From Candidatus Anderseniibacteriota bacterium (GTDB lineage Bacteria; Patescibacteriota; Andersenbacteria; UBA10190): a DNA stretch of 64,000 nucleotides. Shown here piece by piece: positions 1 to 10,227 of the stretch; positions within the stretch are counted from its first letter, which is position 1, and each line of letters opens with the position of its first letter. A program made the position numbers and the translations under genes. The DNA lies in assembly GCA_021414205.1 (NCBI GenBank), contig JAIOOW010000002.1:404171-468170 (forward strand). Reading direction: 5' to 3'. The notes beneath the pieces were generated by a model. It had not been told where the DNA came from. It did not search any database and was given only the letters and a program-made list of their open reading frames with translations.

Positions 1-2402
1 AATGTAAGTGCTTGCTCCACGTTCATATTAAGTACCTGTGAAATATTCATGCCTTTATATTCAACTTCTAAGGCCTCGGAATTATATCGGCGCCCATGAC
101 ATTCGTCGCACTGCACATATACGTCCGGCAAGAAATGCATTTCAATTTTCAATACGCCATCGCCCTGACACGTTTCGCATCGTCCGCCTTTTACGTTGAA
201 TGAAAATCTTCCTGATTTATATCCGCGCATTTTTGCCTCTTCCGTTACAGCAAATAATTCTCGGATCGGCGTAAATAACCCGGTATATGTTGCAGGATTG
301 CTTCGCGGAGTTCGACCAATAGGAGACTGATCAATCGTAATAACTTTATCCAAATGCTCTAAGCCTAAAATTTCTTTATGCGCGCCCGGATTTGTTTTTG
401 CTCGATGAAAATGGCGCGCCAATACTTGAGATAAAATATCATTGATAAGCGTAGATTTTCCGGAACCAGAAACTCCTGTAATACAAACGAGCTTTCCGAG
501 CGGAATATCTACCGTTACGTGCTGCAAGTTATGTTCCGTAGCATCTACGATTACTAATTTCTTTCCGTTACCAGGACGATATTTTTTCGGAGAAGGAACT
601 TTCAATCTGCCAGACAAATACTTTCCGGTAAGCGTATTACTTTTCATGAGCTGCTTTGGTGTTCCTTGAAAAATAATCTTTCCGCCATGCTCGCCCGCTC
701 CAGGGCCAACGTCGATCACCTGATCCGCTGCCAAAATAGTTTCCTCGTCGTGCTCAACAACTATGACGGAATTTCCTAATTCTCGTAAATTCTTCAACGT
801 TTTAATAAGCTTCGTGTTATCGCGCTGATGCAATCCAATAGAAGGTTCATCCAAAATGTAAAGCACCCCAACCAATCCGGACCCGATCTGTGTTGCAAGA
901 CGAATACGCTGAGCTTCGCCCCCTGCTAACGTTCCCGCTTTTCTATTTAATGTTAAGTACGAAAGCCCAACATCGCGCAAGAATGTTAATCTCGAAATAA
1001 TTTCTTTAAAAATCTGCACCGCAATTTGCTGGTCCTGTTTTCCGAACGATTCCATCTTTCCTTTTTGCAATGCGGAAAAGTGCGCCAGCGCATCGTCGAT
1101 CGGCATCGTAACTACATCGTGAATAGATTTTTCTCCAACAAATACAGAAAGTGGAGCGGGCTTTAATCGCTTCCCTAAACACGTCGGACAATCTTTCTCT
1201 ACCATGAACTGCTCTATTTCCGTGCGTGCGTGGTCGGAATCCGTTTCTTTGTATCGCTTCATTAATTGTGGAATAACGCCCGAGTACGTCGTCTTCCAAA
1301 CGCCCCTGCTCGTAGTAACGGAAATTTCCTCATTTTCTGCATATAAAATAGTATGCAAATCTTTCTTCGATAACGTAGACACAGGCTTATCTATGTTAAA
1401 TCCATGCTCTTTTGCAACAACCTCAAGCATGCGCTCGTACCAGCGACTTCTCCCAGATTTGCTCCACGGCTTAATTGCGCCCTCTGCCAAGCTCAGTGCT
1501 TTGTTTGGAATCACCAAATCCGGATCAATTTCTTGCTTCGTTCCAAGCCCCGTGCAATCCGGACATGCGCCATGCGGAGAGTTGAACGAAAAATCTCTTG
1601 GCTCCAAGCTCGCCACATTAATACCGCAATCCACACACGCAAACTCTTGAGAAAACAACATCTCCTCGTGCGTATCCATATTCTCAACAATCACCAACCC
1701 GTTTCCGATGCGAGTTGCCGTCTCAAGCGAATCCATGAGCCGCGGCTTGTCCGGCTTCGCCTCGAGCACATACCTATCTACAACGATATCTATAGAATGC
1801 TTTTTTTGTTTATCGAGCTGCGTATCTTCCGCCTCTTCTATAGTATAAATCGATCCATCGATACGAACGCGAGAATATCCTGCAGTGCGCGCTTCTTTTA
1901 TGGATCCGCGCCCATCGCCTTTTCGATCACGAATAACAGGGGCTACGATAAGCAACTTGGAACCAACCGGATACGATAAAATGCGCGCGGACATTTCCTT
2001 GATCGTCTGTCGTGCAATAATCTTTCCGCAATTCGGACAATGCGGAACGCCAGTTCTCGAATACAGCAATCTCAAATAATCATAAATTTCCGTAACTGTT
2101 CCAACCGTTGACCGCGGATTTCGCGTCGTTGATTTTTGATCAATTGAAATTGCAGGAGATAACCCGTCAATTTGATCAACATCTGGCTTATCCATTAAAC
2201 CTAAAAACTGCCGAGCATATGCGGACAAAGATTCCACATACCTGCGCTGGCCTTCTGCATATAATGCATCAAAGGCTAATGAAGACTTTCCAGAACCAGA
2301 CAACCCGGTCAGCACAACTAGCTTATCTCGAGGGATCGTAATAGTTACGTTTTTCAGGTTGTGCACCCGAGCTCCTTTTATAACGATGTTGTCGCTTGCC
2401 AT
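1..2402 (-). CDS. uvrA: Excinuclease ABC subunit A (3' end runs off the window)
   Basis: Read manually from ATG 2402: [45 protein letters not shown]..., with CxxC zinc fingers, [17 protein letters not shown] and a second Walker A (GVSGSGKST). Absent from the ORF track because it is truncated. Confidence 0.97.
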   Translation of the reverse strand, partial: MASDNIVIKGARVHNLKNVTITIPRDKLVVLTGLSGSGKSSLAFDALYAEGQRRYVESLSAYARQFLGLMDKPDVDQIDGLSPAISIDQKSTTRNPRSTVGTVTEIYDYLRLLYSRTGVPHCPNCGKIIARQTIKEMSARILSYPVGSKLLIVAPVIRDRKGDGRGSIKEARTAGYSRVRIDGSIYTIEEAEDTQLDKQKKHSIDIVVDRYVLEAKPDKPRLMDSLETATRIGNGLVIVENMDTHEEMLFSQEFACVDCGINVASLEPRDFSFNSPHGACPDCTGLGTKQEIDPDLVIPNKALSLAEGAIKPWSKSGRSRWYERMLEVVAKEHGFNIDKPVSTLSKKDLHTILYAENEEISVTTSRGVWKTTYSGVIPQLMKRYKETDSDHARTEIEQFMVEKDCPTCLGKRLKPAPLSVFVGEKSIHDVVTMPIDDALAHFSALQKGKMESFGKQDQQIAVQIFKEIISRLTFLRDVGLSYLTLNRKAGTLAGGEAQRIRLATQIGSGLVGVLYILDEPSIGLHQRDNTKLIKTLKNLRELGNSVIVVEHDEETILAADQVIDVGPGAGEHGGKIIFQGTPKQLMKSNTLTGKYLSGRLKVPSPKKYRPGNGKKLVIVDATEHNLQHVTVDIPLGKLVCITGVSGSGKSTLINDILSQVLARHFHRAKTNPGAHKEILGLEHLDKVITIDQSPIGRTPRSNPATYTGLFTPIRELFAVTEEAKMRGYKSGRFSFNVKGGRCETCQGDGVLKIEMHFLPDVYVQCDECHGRRYNSEALEVEYKGMNISQVLNMNVEQALT

Positions 2403-2456
2403 AAAAAAGAAGTATATGCGCGAAACGGCTGGTTTGCAAGTCTAAATAGGCGCCAT

Positions 2457-2498
2457 ATAAAAATTCAAGCCTGGCATGCAATAGCACACCAGGCTTTT
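2457..2498 (-). terminator. Intrinsic terminator of the 2537-3109 orphan genes
   Basis: AAGCCTGG...CCAGGCTT stem with an A-tract on the + strand (U-tract on the - strand). Confidence 0.6.
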
Positions 2499-2536
2499 AA
2501 AACGACTCCGTTTCAACGTTCAAAGCAAACTCCTTT

Positions 2537-2845
2537 TCACGAACCAAGTTCTACAAACACCAGCAACTCCTCCATATCGACGAAACGCTTTCCGATTGGC
2601 ACTCCGCCATGATCTTCGCAGGAGTGAAAAAATCTCCTACTGAACTCTTCGGAAAATGCGCACGGAGCACTCCAACCACAAGCAACTCCGTCCGAACGAT
2701 CACCGGTAAGTGCATCATGAAATCTCATACAATGAAGCCCTTGCTCCTTGCACTGAGGACACACTATCGCAATGACGGACGTCGAACGATCGCATAGCAC
2801 TTGTTGCTGAAACCGATTCAACGACGAAATAATCAGAGTATCCAT
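2537..2845 (-). CDS. Hypothetical protein with CPQC and further Cys (possible Zn-binding)
   Basis: 102-aa ORF, GAAAAGGGCGG SD-like sequence upstream, terminator downstream. Confidence 0.55.
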   Translation of the reverse strand: MDTLIISSLNRFQQQVLCDRSTSVIAIVCPQCKEQGLHCMRFHDALTGDRSDGVACGWSAPCAFSEEFSRRFFHSCEDHGGVPIGKRFVDMEELLVFVELGS

Positions 2846-2896
2846 AGGACACCGCCCTTTTCAGATGTTCAAGAAACTGAGCAACGAACGCCATTG

Positions 2897-3109
2897 CTAA
2901 AAATCAATTGTTCCAGTACCGCAAGGGTAATGCCTTTCGAAAACCCGAATTCGTACACAACCAATTCCAAGGCAAACCCCTCGACGAGGCCCGAAGACCC
3001 TCCCGTACTTGAAGACTCTTCGAAAAACTCTTTTAACCTCTTCCACACAACCTTCCCAGACCACCAATAACGCCTCAAGAATGTTTTGCCGATCTTCCCT
3101 AGACAACAT
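2897..3109 (-). CDS. Hypothetical protein (~70 aa)
   Basis: ATG 3109 preceded by GAAAGAGGG and an upstream TTGACA-17-TACTAT promoter; the overlapping alternative frame 2869-3078 makes the call uncertain. Confidence 0.4.
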   Translation of the reverse strand: MLSREDRQNILEALLVVWEGCVEEVKRVFRRVFKYGRVFGPRRGVCLGIGCVRIRVFERHYPCGTGTIDF

Positions 3110-3264
3110 AAGCGCTACCCTCTTTCTTACACGCGTAAGTTGGAAAGAACCAACCATGCAACCAAATACAGAATTCAACACACATTTCCTGGTTTGTATA
3201 GTACGCTTAAAAACGAAGGTTGTCAAATCTGTCTATTAGCCCCTTTTTTAGCTATAGTACCCAT

Positions 3265-5058
3265 ATGGACGAAAACGGCTTAAAAACACGCATTTCTGCG
3301 CTTCCGCAAGCTCCCGGCATCTATATATATAAAGGTGCGAAAGGAGATATTTTATATGTAGGAAAAGCGAAGAATCTACGCTCGCGCGTACGCTCATACT
3401 TTGGAAAAAGTGCGGACTTAGGCCCTGCAAAAGAACGCATGGTCAGCCTGATCGCGGACATGGAAACCATTTCTACAGACACAGAGCTGGAGGCGCTGGT
3501 GCTGGAAGCAAACCTGATCCGCAAACATCAACCTCCGTATAACGTTTTATTGCGCGATGACAAATATTATTTATTTATAAAAATTACAAAAGATATTCCG
3601 GCACGAATATTTCCTGTTCGAAAAATTATCCAAGACGGCTCAAAATATTTCGGCCCCTATTCTTCTGCCGCTTCCGTGCGCGGAACACTGAGACTCCTAC
3701 GCAGAATATTTCCGTTCCGAGAAGAAAAGGATCGGCCGAGAGATATTATATTTCCGCACGCACTGTTTCCAAGTCAAGAACAGGGACAATTAGATAGCGC
3801 TACCCAAGTCGCACGTTTCCTTAACGGCAATCGGCAAGAAATCATAAAGACATTAGAAGATGGTATTGCTCATGCCGCTAATAATTTACAATACGAACAA
3901 GCAGCGCTGTTTCGAGACCAGTTGCAAGCAATCATGCGACTGGAAGGTTCTCAAAAAGTATACCTCGCTCGAAAAGAATCATTCGACGTTATCAGTATTT
4001 GCCAAGCGCAACATCAAAGCGCAGGCAACGTGCTTCAAATTCGGGAGGGCAAACTCATTGGCAAACAAACATTCTTGCTTCGCCATCGATCAGCAACTTC
4101 AGCAGAAGATGTCCTCAGGCAATTTATTATGCAGTACTACAGCGTTGCACAAGACATTCCAAAAACAATATATTTGCCCATCGCGCTCCCAGATGCGGAT
4201 GTATTATCCGCGTGGATCGGAAACGAACATGCGTTTCATGTTCCCGTTCGTGGTAATAAAAAGCAATTGCTCAAAATGGGCGAGCTCAATGCAAAAAATC
4301 TATTGCGAGAAGAGGAAGTGGAAACGCAGACTACAAGCGCTTCAAAAGAGGCTCTCCATGCTCTCCTTGCCGCAATTCACTTAGGCCATCTCACTGAGCA
4401 GGCAAAAACTATCAACAAGCAAATTCGCATCGAGACATACGACATATCAAACACGCAGGGCACATTAGCAACAGCATCTATGGTGGTATTTATCGATGGG
4501 GTGCCAGCGAAAGACCAATACAGAAAATTTAAAATCAGGCTCAACGCCGATCTCGCGCCGCAGCAGCACAAGTCAAACGACTTCGCCATGCTTGAAGAAA
4601 CGCTGACTCGCAGACTAGCTCGGAGCGCATCTGGAGACTGGCCTCTGCCCGACCTCATTATAATAGATGGTGGAAAAGGGCAGCTATCATCTTCTCAGAA
4701 AGCATTGAAAAGATCCGGCCTCGACATTCCTATGATATCCATAGCAAAGAGAGAAGAAGAATTATTTCTCCCAAGCAATCCAACACCAATACTGCTTCCA
4801 TATAACTCCCCCGCACTGTACTTGATTCAGCGCATGCGCGATGAAGCGCATCGATTCACCATTACATTTCATAGAAGTTTGCGGAGCAAGGAACAGATCA
4901 AATCAGCACTAGACGATATTACAGGCATAGGACCAAAAACAAAAAAAGCATTGCTTCAGAAATTCGGATCGGTTGCAGGCATTAAAAAAGCACCGGATAA
5001 AGATATTGAAGAATTGCTGGGAAAGAAAAAAACAAGCCTACTACGAGAACAGCTATAA
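3265..5058 (+). CDS. uvrC: Excinuclease ABC subunit C
   Basis: GIY-YIG N-terminus (PGIYIYK...YVGKAKNLRSRVRSYF), RIETYDISN, DGGKGQ, RDEAHRF, C-terminal HhH. Start moved to ATG 3265, which lies 7 nt after TATAGT. Confidence 0.97.
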   Translation: MDENGLKTRISALPQAPGIYIYKGAKGDILYVGKAKNLRSRVRSYFGKSADLGPAKERMVSLIADMETISTDTELEALVLEANLIRKHQPPYNVLLRDDKYYLFIKITKDIPARIFPVRKIIQDGSKYFGPYSSAASVRGTLRLLRRIFPFREEKDRPRDIIFPHALFPSQEQGQLDSATQVARFLNGNRQEIIKTLEDGIAHAANNLQYEQAALFRDQLQAIMRLEGSQKVYLARKESFDVISICQAQHQSAGNVLQIREGKLIGKQTFLLRHRSATSAEDVLRQFIMQYYSVAQDIPKTIYLPIALPDADVLSAWIGNEHAFHVPVRGNKKQLLKMGELNAKNLLREEEVETQTTSASKEALHALLAAIHLGHLTEQAKTINKQIRIETYDISNTQGTLATASMVVFIDGVPAKDQYRKFKIRLNADLAPQQHKSNDFAMLEETLTRRLARSASGDWPLPDLIIIDGGKGQLSSSQKALKRSGLDIPMISIAKREEELFLPSNPTPILLPYNSPALYLIQRMRDEAHRFTITFHRSLRSKEQIKSALDDITGIGPKTKKALLQKFGSVAGIKKAPDKDIEELLGKKKTSLLREQL

Positions 5059-5064
5059 ATTTTC

Positions 5065-5100
5065 AAAAAAAATACTGCCGCAGAATTACCTGACGGCAGC
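5065..5100 (-). terminator. Hairpin terminator between uvrC and the convergent small genes
   Basis: CTGCCG...CGGCAG stem preceded by A-tract on the + strand. Confidence 0.6.
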
Positions 5101-5238
5101 TTACTTGGAATTCTTAAATCTTTTTTCAGCGGGGGCGGCCATGTAGTCCAAGAACATACAGGACCACATATACAGAATAACGATCACGTATATAGCTAGT
5201 ACGGCAACACCCCAAAAAAACTTGCCGATCTTCTCCAT
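5101..5238 (-). CDS. Small single-TM membrane protein (45 aa)
   Basis: Manual translation MEKIGKFFWGVAVLAIYVIVILYMWSCMFLDYMAAPAEKRFKNSK; strong GGAGGTG SD overlapping the upstream stop codon. Confidence 0.6.
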   Translation of the reverse strand: MEKIGKFFWGVAVLAIYVIVILYMWSCMFLDYMAAPAEKRFKNSK

Positions 5239-5239
5239 A

Positions 5240-5419
5240 TCACCTCCCAACAAACCGGGCTCCGATCATAATGAGGACCACTAAGAAAAGCGATCCGCCC
5301 ATTGCAATCAGCGAGTCTCTATCTACGGAAAACCCTCTCCAAAATTTCACGGCATCCCCCAAGAAAAGAACACACTTCGAACCAGTTGCGACATGCAACA
5401 AGAACACATAGTTGCCCAT
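5240..5419 (-). CDS. Small hydrophobic hypothetical protein (start uncertain)
   Basis: C-terminal TM-like segment; its stop lies in the SD of the next small gene. Confidence 0.4.
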   Translation of the reverse strand: MGNYVFLLHVATGSKCVLFLGDAVKFWRGFSVDRDSLIAMGGSLFLVVLIMIGARFVGR

Positions 5420-5480
5420 ATAGTCCATATTGTCAAGTTGACTTACGGTAACATCTTCCATACCGTAAACAAGTACCCAT

Positions 5481-5696
5481 ATGATTTGGTTAAATATTCT
5501 TTTTATTGCAATCTCCATTGCGCTCACCATAGCCATCCTGCTGCAAAGCAGCTCTACTGGCTTAGGTTCTGCATTTGGCGGCGGAACAGAAGGGTTTTAT
5601 GTCCGCAGAGGAAGCGAGAAGCGTTTATTTCAGGCCACAATTATTCTTTCCGTTCTATTTTTCGTTACCGCACTGGCCCATTTATTCGTACAGTAA
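5481..5696 (+). CDS. secG: Preprotein translocase subunit SecG
   Basis: ILLQSSSTGLGSAFGG...RRGSEKRLFQAT, two TM segments. Confidence 0.93.
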   Translation: MIWLNILFIAISIALTIAILLQSSSTGLGSAFGGGTEGFYVRRGSEKRLFQATIILSVLFFVTALAHLFVQ

Positions 5697-5697
5697 T

Positions 5698-6198
5698 ATG
5701 CGATACGCACCCGTTGCGATTGCCCTCATACTCCTGGCAATAGGAGGTTTTGCGCTTATACATAAGGAAGATCAGCAAGCACGAGATACTATCAGGAAAC
5801 ATCACTTAGCGGACATAGAAACTGCTCTCGAGCTTGCAAAAAAGCAGCATGGGCAATTCCCTCCTTACGACCAGCTCACATGGTGCGGAGTTATTAGCGA
5901 CCCAGCAAACAAAGACGTGCAAGCAGAAATCGAAGCGCCATTACGGCAATCAGTAGATAAATATGCAAACCTCGAAAAGCCTTTCCCAACCGACCCGAAC
6001 AACTCTAGTAAAAACTATTATTATTGGAAGCGAAGTCCGGACATGTTCGAGCTGTATTCCATTTTAGAGGCTGCCCCGACAGGAGATCGCAACACTTTTT
6101 CCTGCCCAACGGGTTTGCACGATACATATGATTACGGTATTTCGTCAATATTGCGCGAAGGCGATAATGGGTCAACAATAGAAAACTCACCTCTATGA
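5698..6198 (+). CDS. Pilin/GspG-like membrane-anchored protein
   Basis: TM helix followed by ARDxxRxxxLxxIxxALE...G.FP and PTDP motifs typical of CPR pilin-like proteins. Confidence 0.65.
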   Translation: MRYAPVAIALILLAIGGFALIHKEDQQARDTIRKHHLADIETALELAKKQHGQFPPYDQLTWCGVISDPANKDVQAEIEAPLRQSVDKYANLEKPFPTDPNNSSKNYYYWKRSPDMFELYSILEAAPTGDRNTFSCPTGLHDTYDYGISSILREGDNGSTIENSPL

Positions 6199-7898
6199 TC
6201 ATTGATCGCATTCGAATGTGGTGGAATACCATATACGCGCACATGTCCGGCAAGGAACGTGGTTTGTTCCTCCTATTCGGCTTCATACTCCTTATAGCAC
6301 TTCTCCTTGGTATTACCGGGTACGTCCAAAAACATAGCTCATATCTCCCCCAAGAAGGTGGGATGTATAGCGAAGCAGTTGTTGGGCAACCGAGGTATAT
6401 CAATCCGGTTCTGGCAAGCAGCAGCGACGTGGATAGCGACATCTCTCGATTGGTATATTCCTCATTATTCAAGCTGGATTCAGATTTGCACCTGAAAAAT
6501 GACCTCGCAGAAAGCTACGAAGTATCAACAGACAATAAAACATACACGGTTCACATAAAGCACAATGTGCAGTGGAGCGACGGAAAGCCACTGACTGCAG
6601 ACGACGTAATCTTTACTATTCAAAGCATTCAAAATTCGCAATACGCCTCCCCTCTCGCGCCTTCGTTTCAAGGGGTACAGGTACAAAAAATCGACGATTA
6701 CACCGTTTCGTTTCAATTACAACAAACCACGTACGCGCCATTTTTATCTAATCTAACAGTTGGCATTGCTCCAAAACACGTATGGGAAAATATTCCGCCG
6801 AAAAGCATGGGGCTCGCAGAACAGGAATTAAAGCCTGTGGGATCCGGACCGTACAAATTCCAAGAACTTGTTACTAAGAAAAAAACGGGCGAGGCAACAT
6901 CAATCAGACTCACTCGCAACACAAACTACTACGGAACACGCCCATACATAACAACTATTTTATTTACATTCTTCAACACCCACGAAGACGCCATCTCGGC
7001 GCTTACATCGGGAAAAGTTGACGGCATCAGCTATTTGCCAGTCTCCCTTCTTTCTAATGTTCAACATCACCCATCGCTTGCAATTCACAAGCTTCTTCTT
7101 CCGCAATACTTCGCACTCTTCTTTAATGCGAATAAAAATGCTGCCCTCGGAGATGCTGGCGTGCGTGCAGCACTGGCACTGGCAACCGATAGAACTGCCA
7201 TCATCCAAGATGCGCTACAAGGCGAAGCAGAATTTATGGGAACACCTATCCCATCCGGAAACTTTGACTTCTCAGATGTCAAAAACCCAGTATTCGACAT
7301 TCAAAAGGCGCAACAAAATCTCGATGATGCCGGATGGAAATTAAATACGCAAGATGGAACAAGGTCCAAGGATGGCAAACAGCTCCATGTAACGATCACC
7401 ACGACCGATTGGCCGGAATACATTAAAACCGCACAACTCATTCAGCGCCAATGGAAGCAAGCAGGTGTTCAAGTTGATATCAACTCAGTTTCAACCTCAA
7501 CAATCCAGCAAACGGTCGTAAATGCAAGAGACTACGAAATATTGCTATATGGAGAAAACCTTTCCGCAGACCCTGATCCATATTCATTCTGGCATTCAAC
7601 ACAAGTGAAGAGCCCGGGGCTCAACCTATCTTTATTGCAAGACAAAGATACCGACAAGTACTTGGAACAGGCACGAAAAGCAACGGACGCATCGCAGCGC
7701 CAAGAAGCGCTCCATGCATTCGTCCAACGGTTCCTCGATATCAATCCTGCCATTATCCTGTATCGTCCATACTATTTATTTGTGAACAAAAGCAATGTCC
7801 AAGGATCATCTATTACAAACGGCGCATTGCCATCCGACAGATTCAACGATATCGAACACTGGTACGTCCAAACAAAGCGTGTGTGGAATACAAAATAA
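6195..7898 (+). CDS. ABC transporter substrate-binding protein, family 5 (oligopeptide)
   Basis: WSDGKPLTADDVIFT, PVGSGPYKF, DPDPYSFWHS motifs. Confidence 0.92.
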   Translation: MIIDRIRMWWNTIYAHMSGKERGLFLLFGFILLIALLLGITGYVQKHSSYLPQEGGMYSEAVVGQPRYINPVLASSSDVDSDISRLVYSSLFKLDSDLHLKNDLAESYEVSTDNKTYTVHIKHNVQWSDGKPLTADDVIFTIQSIQNSQYASPLAPSFQGVQVQKIDDYTVSFQLQQTTYAPFLSNLTVGIAPKHVWENIPPKSMGLAEQELKPVGSGPYKFQELVTKKKTGEATSIRLTRNTNYYGTRPYITTILFTFFNTHEDAISALTSGKVDGISYLPVSLLSNVQHHPSLAIHKLLLPQYFALFFNANKNAALGDAGVRAALALATDRTAIIQDALQGEAEFMGTPIPSGNFDFSDVKNPVFDIQKAQQNLDDAGWKLNTQDGTRSKDGKQLHVTITTTDWPEYIKTAQLIQRQWKQAGVQVDINSVSTSTIQQTVVNARDYEILLYGENLSADPDPYSFWHSTQVKSPGLNLSLLQDKDTDKYLEQARKATDASQRQEALHAFVQRFLDINPAIILYRPYYLFVNKSNVQGSSITNGALPSDRFNDIEHWYVQTKRVWNTK

Positions 7899-7942
7899 TT
7901 TGTATACTAGAATAATCATTTTATTCATAACAACGTATTCAT

Positions 7943-8929
7943 ATGCATGAAGAAATGCGAGATATTATTTTGCACCAAGGGAATCAAATTCGCCATAGCC
8001 TCGAAGTAAATAAAAATGTTCGCGTTGAGGGCGATTTTGATTCCATTCTACTGGCAGGCATGGGCGGCAGCGGACATCCGGGCGACTTGCTCAACGCGCT
8101 TCATCTTACAACTGTTCCTCTCACCGTTCACAGAAGCTACGACCTACCTCACATATTCGGAAAGAACCCCCTCACTGTTATCAGCTCGTATTCCGGAAAC
8201 ACGGAGGAAGCATTGTCTGCATATCAAGATTCTAAAAAAGCAAATAAGAAAATTCTCGCAAACACATCTGGGGGCAAATTGCTCGATTGGGCTAAACAAG
8301 ACGCCGCTCCTGTGAGTCTCATCGACTATCCCGGCATGCAGCCGCGACACACGCTGTTCGCCAGCTTCACCGGCCTTGCATGTGCGCTCGCCAATTCTGG
8401 CCTCGCAAAAGATATATCTTCCGAACTCCTTAAAACAGCAGACATGATAGATTCGGTTGTCGCTGAAACAGAGGCTCCCGCAAAGGCTCTTGCAGACTCT
8501 TTAGTGAAAAAGACTCCCGTATTTTATGCATCAGACACGCTTGCCTTCGGTGCAAAGAATACAAAGATTCAAACAAACGAAAACGCAAAGACGGCAGCAT
8601 TTTGGAACGAATTCCCAGAAATGAACCATAATGAAATGGTTGGCATGACGCAGCCGCAAGCAGTATTTCATGCAGTATTTTTTACGTCAGATACTGACCA
8701 TAAGCAAGTAAAGCTGCGCATGCAAGTAACCAACGAAATGTATGAGGCATGGGGCGTACCAGTAACTGAAATTCCTGTTCTCGGATCCAATCAATTAGAA
8801 CAGTTATCTTATATAGTTATTTTTGGCCTTTGGACAACATACCACCTAGCGCTGAATTACGGAGTTGATCCGATTCCCGTCAAAGGCGTAGAGGACTTCA
8901 AAAAGAAACTTGCTGAATTGACCATATAG
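7943..8929 (+). CDS. Bifunctional phosphoglucose/phosphomannose isomerase (SIS domain)
   Basis: GMGGSG, SYSGNTEE, QPR, NENAK, PEMNHNE. Confidence 0.92.
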   Translation: MHEEMRDIILHQGNQIRHSLEVNKNVRVEGDFDSILLAGMGGSGHPGDLLNALHLTTVPLTVHRSYDLPHIFGKNPLTVISSYSGNTEEALSAYQDSKKANKKILANTSGGKLLDWAKQDAAPVSLIDYPGMQPRHTLFASFTGLACALANSGLAKDISSELLKTADMIDSVVAETEAPAKALADSLVKKTPVFYASDTLAFGAKNTKIQTNENAKTAAFWNEFPEMNHNEMVGMTQPQAVFHAVFFTSDTDHKQVKLRMQVTNEMYEAWGVPVTEIPVLGSNQLEQLSYIVIFGLWTTYHLALNYGVDPIPVKGVEDFKKKLAELTI

Positions 8930-8947
8930 CCAGTAGGCTACTGGGAG

Positions 8948-9031
8948 GTCGGAGTGGCGGAATTGGTATACGCGTACGCTTCAGGAGCGTATGGCTTCAC
9001 AGCCTTGAGGGTTCAAGTCCCTCCTTCGACA
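8948..9031 (+). tRNA. tRNA-Leu(CAG)
   Basis: Acceptor GTCGGAG/CTTCGAC, D-loop GGAATTGGTA, anticodon arm TACGC-TTCAGGA-GCGTA, long variable arm, GTTCAAGTC T-loop; CCA not encoded. Confidence 0.96.
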
Positions 9032-9060
9032 CAATAGAAAAGCTAGTATACGATCAAAAT

Positions 9061-10158
9061 ATGAAACACATATCTTTTTTGTTCGTAGTAGTAGCACTAT
9101 GCGGCTTTATTTCATCAGCACAATACGCAAGCGCATCCGCCCCAACATGTAATGGCCAGACAGCGACAGTATATGTAGATAGCGGAGTTATTGTTGGTGG
9201 ACCAAATAACGGCTCCGCATACACCGGAACACTTACTGCAAATACAGCTTCAGTAATTGTAGGGACAAGTGGAGATGACACTATTATAGGAAGTGGCTTA
9301 GCAGATACTATCTGTGCAGGCGACGGAAACGATACGATCGATGGCGGAGCCGGAACAGATAAAATAGCATTTTCAACAAATAGCGATACGAGTGGAATTA
9401 CGATTTCTGTAACTGGAAGTAATTCCGGAAGCATTGCCACAGCAACCGGAACATCAACATTTACCAGAGCAGAAAGTTTCGTGGGAACATCGTACGATGA
9501 CACATTCGCATTCGGAACAAGCGGATCGTTAACAGGAGCCCTAGATGGTGCAGACGGAGCGGATACTGCAGACTATAGCGCTCGAACTAGCGCTGTAAGC
9601 CTCAATATGATTACAAAAGCCTTCACCAGCATTGCGGGAGCAGTCACTAATATAGAAAACGCGATCGGCGGATCTGGAGCCGACACTATTGTTGGAAACA
9701 GTGCCGACAACACGCTCACAGGGAATGCTGGCAACGATATCATGTTTGGTCAAGATGGCGCGGACACCATCAACGGCGGAGCTGGCAAGGATATTATTAT
9801 CGGGGGAAAGGGTGCAGACACGATCGTTGCAGACAGCTCCTCAACTGGCGATATCATGATTGCCGATGAAACATCATATTCCAATAGTTCTACAGTGAAC
9901 ACATCTGCCCTCTCAGCAATTCGAACAGAATGGGCACTCACATCTACCTCCTACGCAAATCGAGTGGCGCATATTCAAGGGACTCTTGCAGGAGGATTAA
10001 ACGGAACATATCAACTAAAGACATCTACACTACAAGCAGATAGTGATTCGGACTCGATGGACGGAAATAGTTCATCAGTAAAAAATTGGTATATCTTAAA
10101 TACTGCACTCGACAGTCTCGCAAATTCATTTGCTGGCGAAACTGTGACAAATATATAA
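9061..10158 (+). CDS. Secreted RTX/hemolysin-type Ca-binding repeat protein
   Basis: Signal peptide and many GGxGxD nonapeptides. Confidence 0.88.
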   Translation: MKHISFLFVVVALCGFISSAQYASASAPTCNGQTATVYVDSGVIVGGPNNGSAYTGTLTANTASVIVGTSGDDTIIGSGLADTICAGDGNDTIDGGAGTDKIAFSTNSDTSGITISVTGSNSGSIATATGTSTFTRAESFVGTSYDDTFAFGTSGSLTGALDGADGADTADYSARTSAVSLNMITKAFTSIAGAVTNIENAIGGSGADTIVGNSADNTLTGNAGNDIMFGQDGADTINGGAGKDIIIGGKGADTIVADSSSTGDIMIADETSYSNSSTVNTSALSAIRTEWALTSTSYANRVAHIQGTLAGGLNGTYQLKTSTLQADSDSDSMDGNSSSVKNWYILNTALDSLANSFAGETVTNI

Positions 10159-10177
10159 GAGACGCTCCCCAAATACC

Positions 10178-10210
10178 AAAACAGCCGCATCATCCCGATA
10201 CGGCTGTTTT
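10178..10210 (+). terminator. Intrinsic terminator
   Basis: AAAACAGCCG...CGGCTGTTTT. Confidence 0.75.
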
Positions 10211-10227
10211 ACTGTATAGTATGGAGT

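Noticed and set aside
2869-3109. Programmed frameshift joining the two overlapping - strand frames
   Set aside because: No convincing slippery site with downstream structure, and neither frame has a recognisable domain
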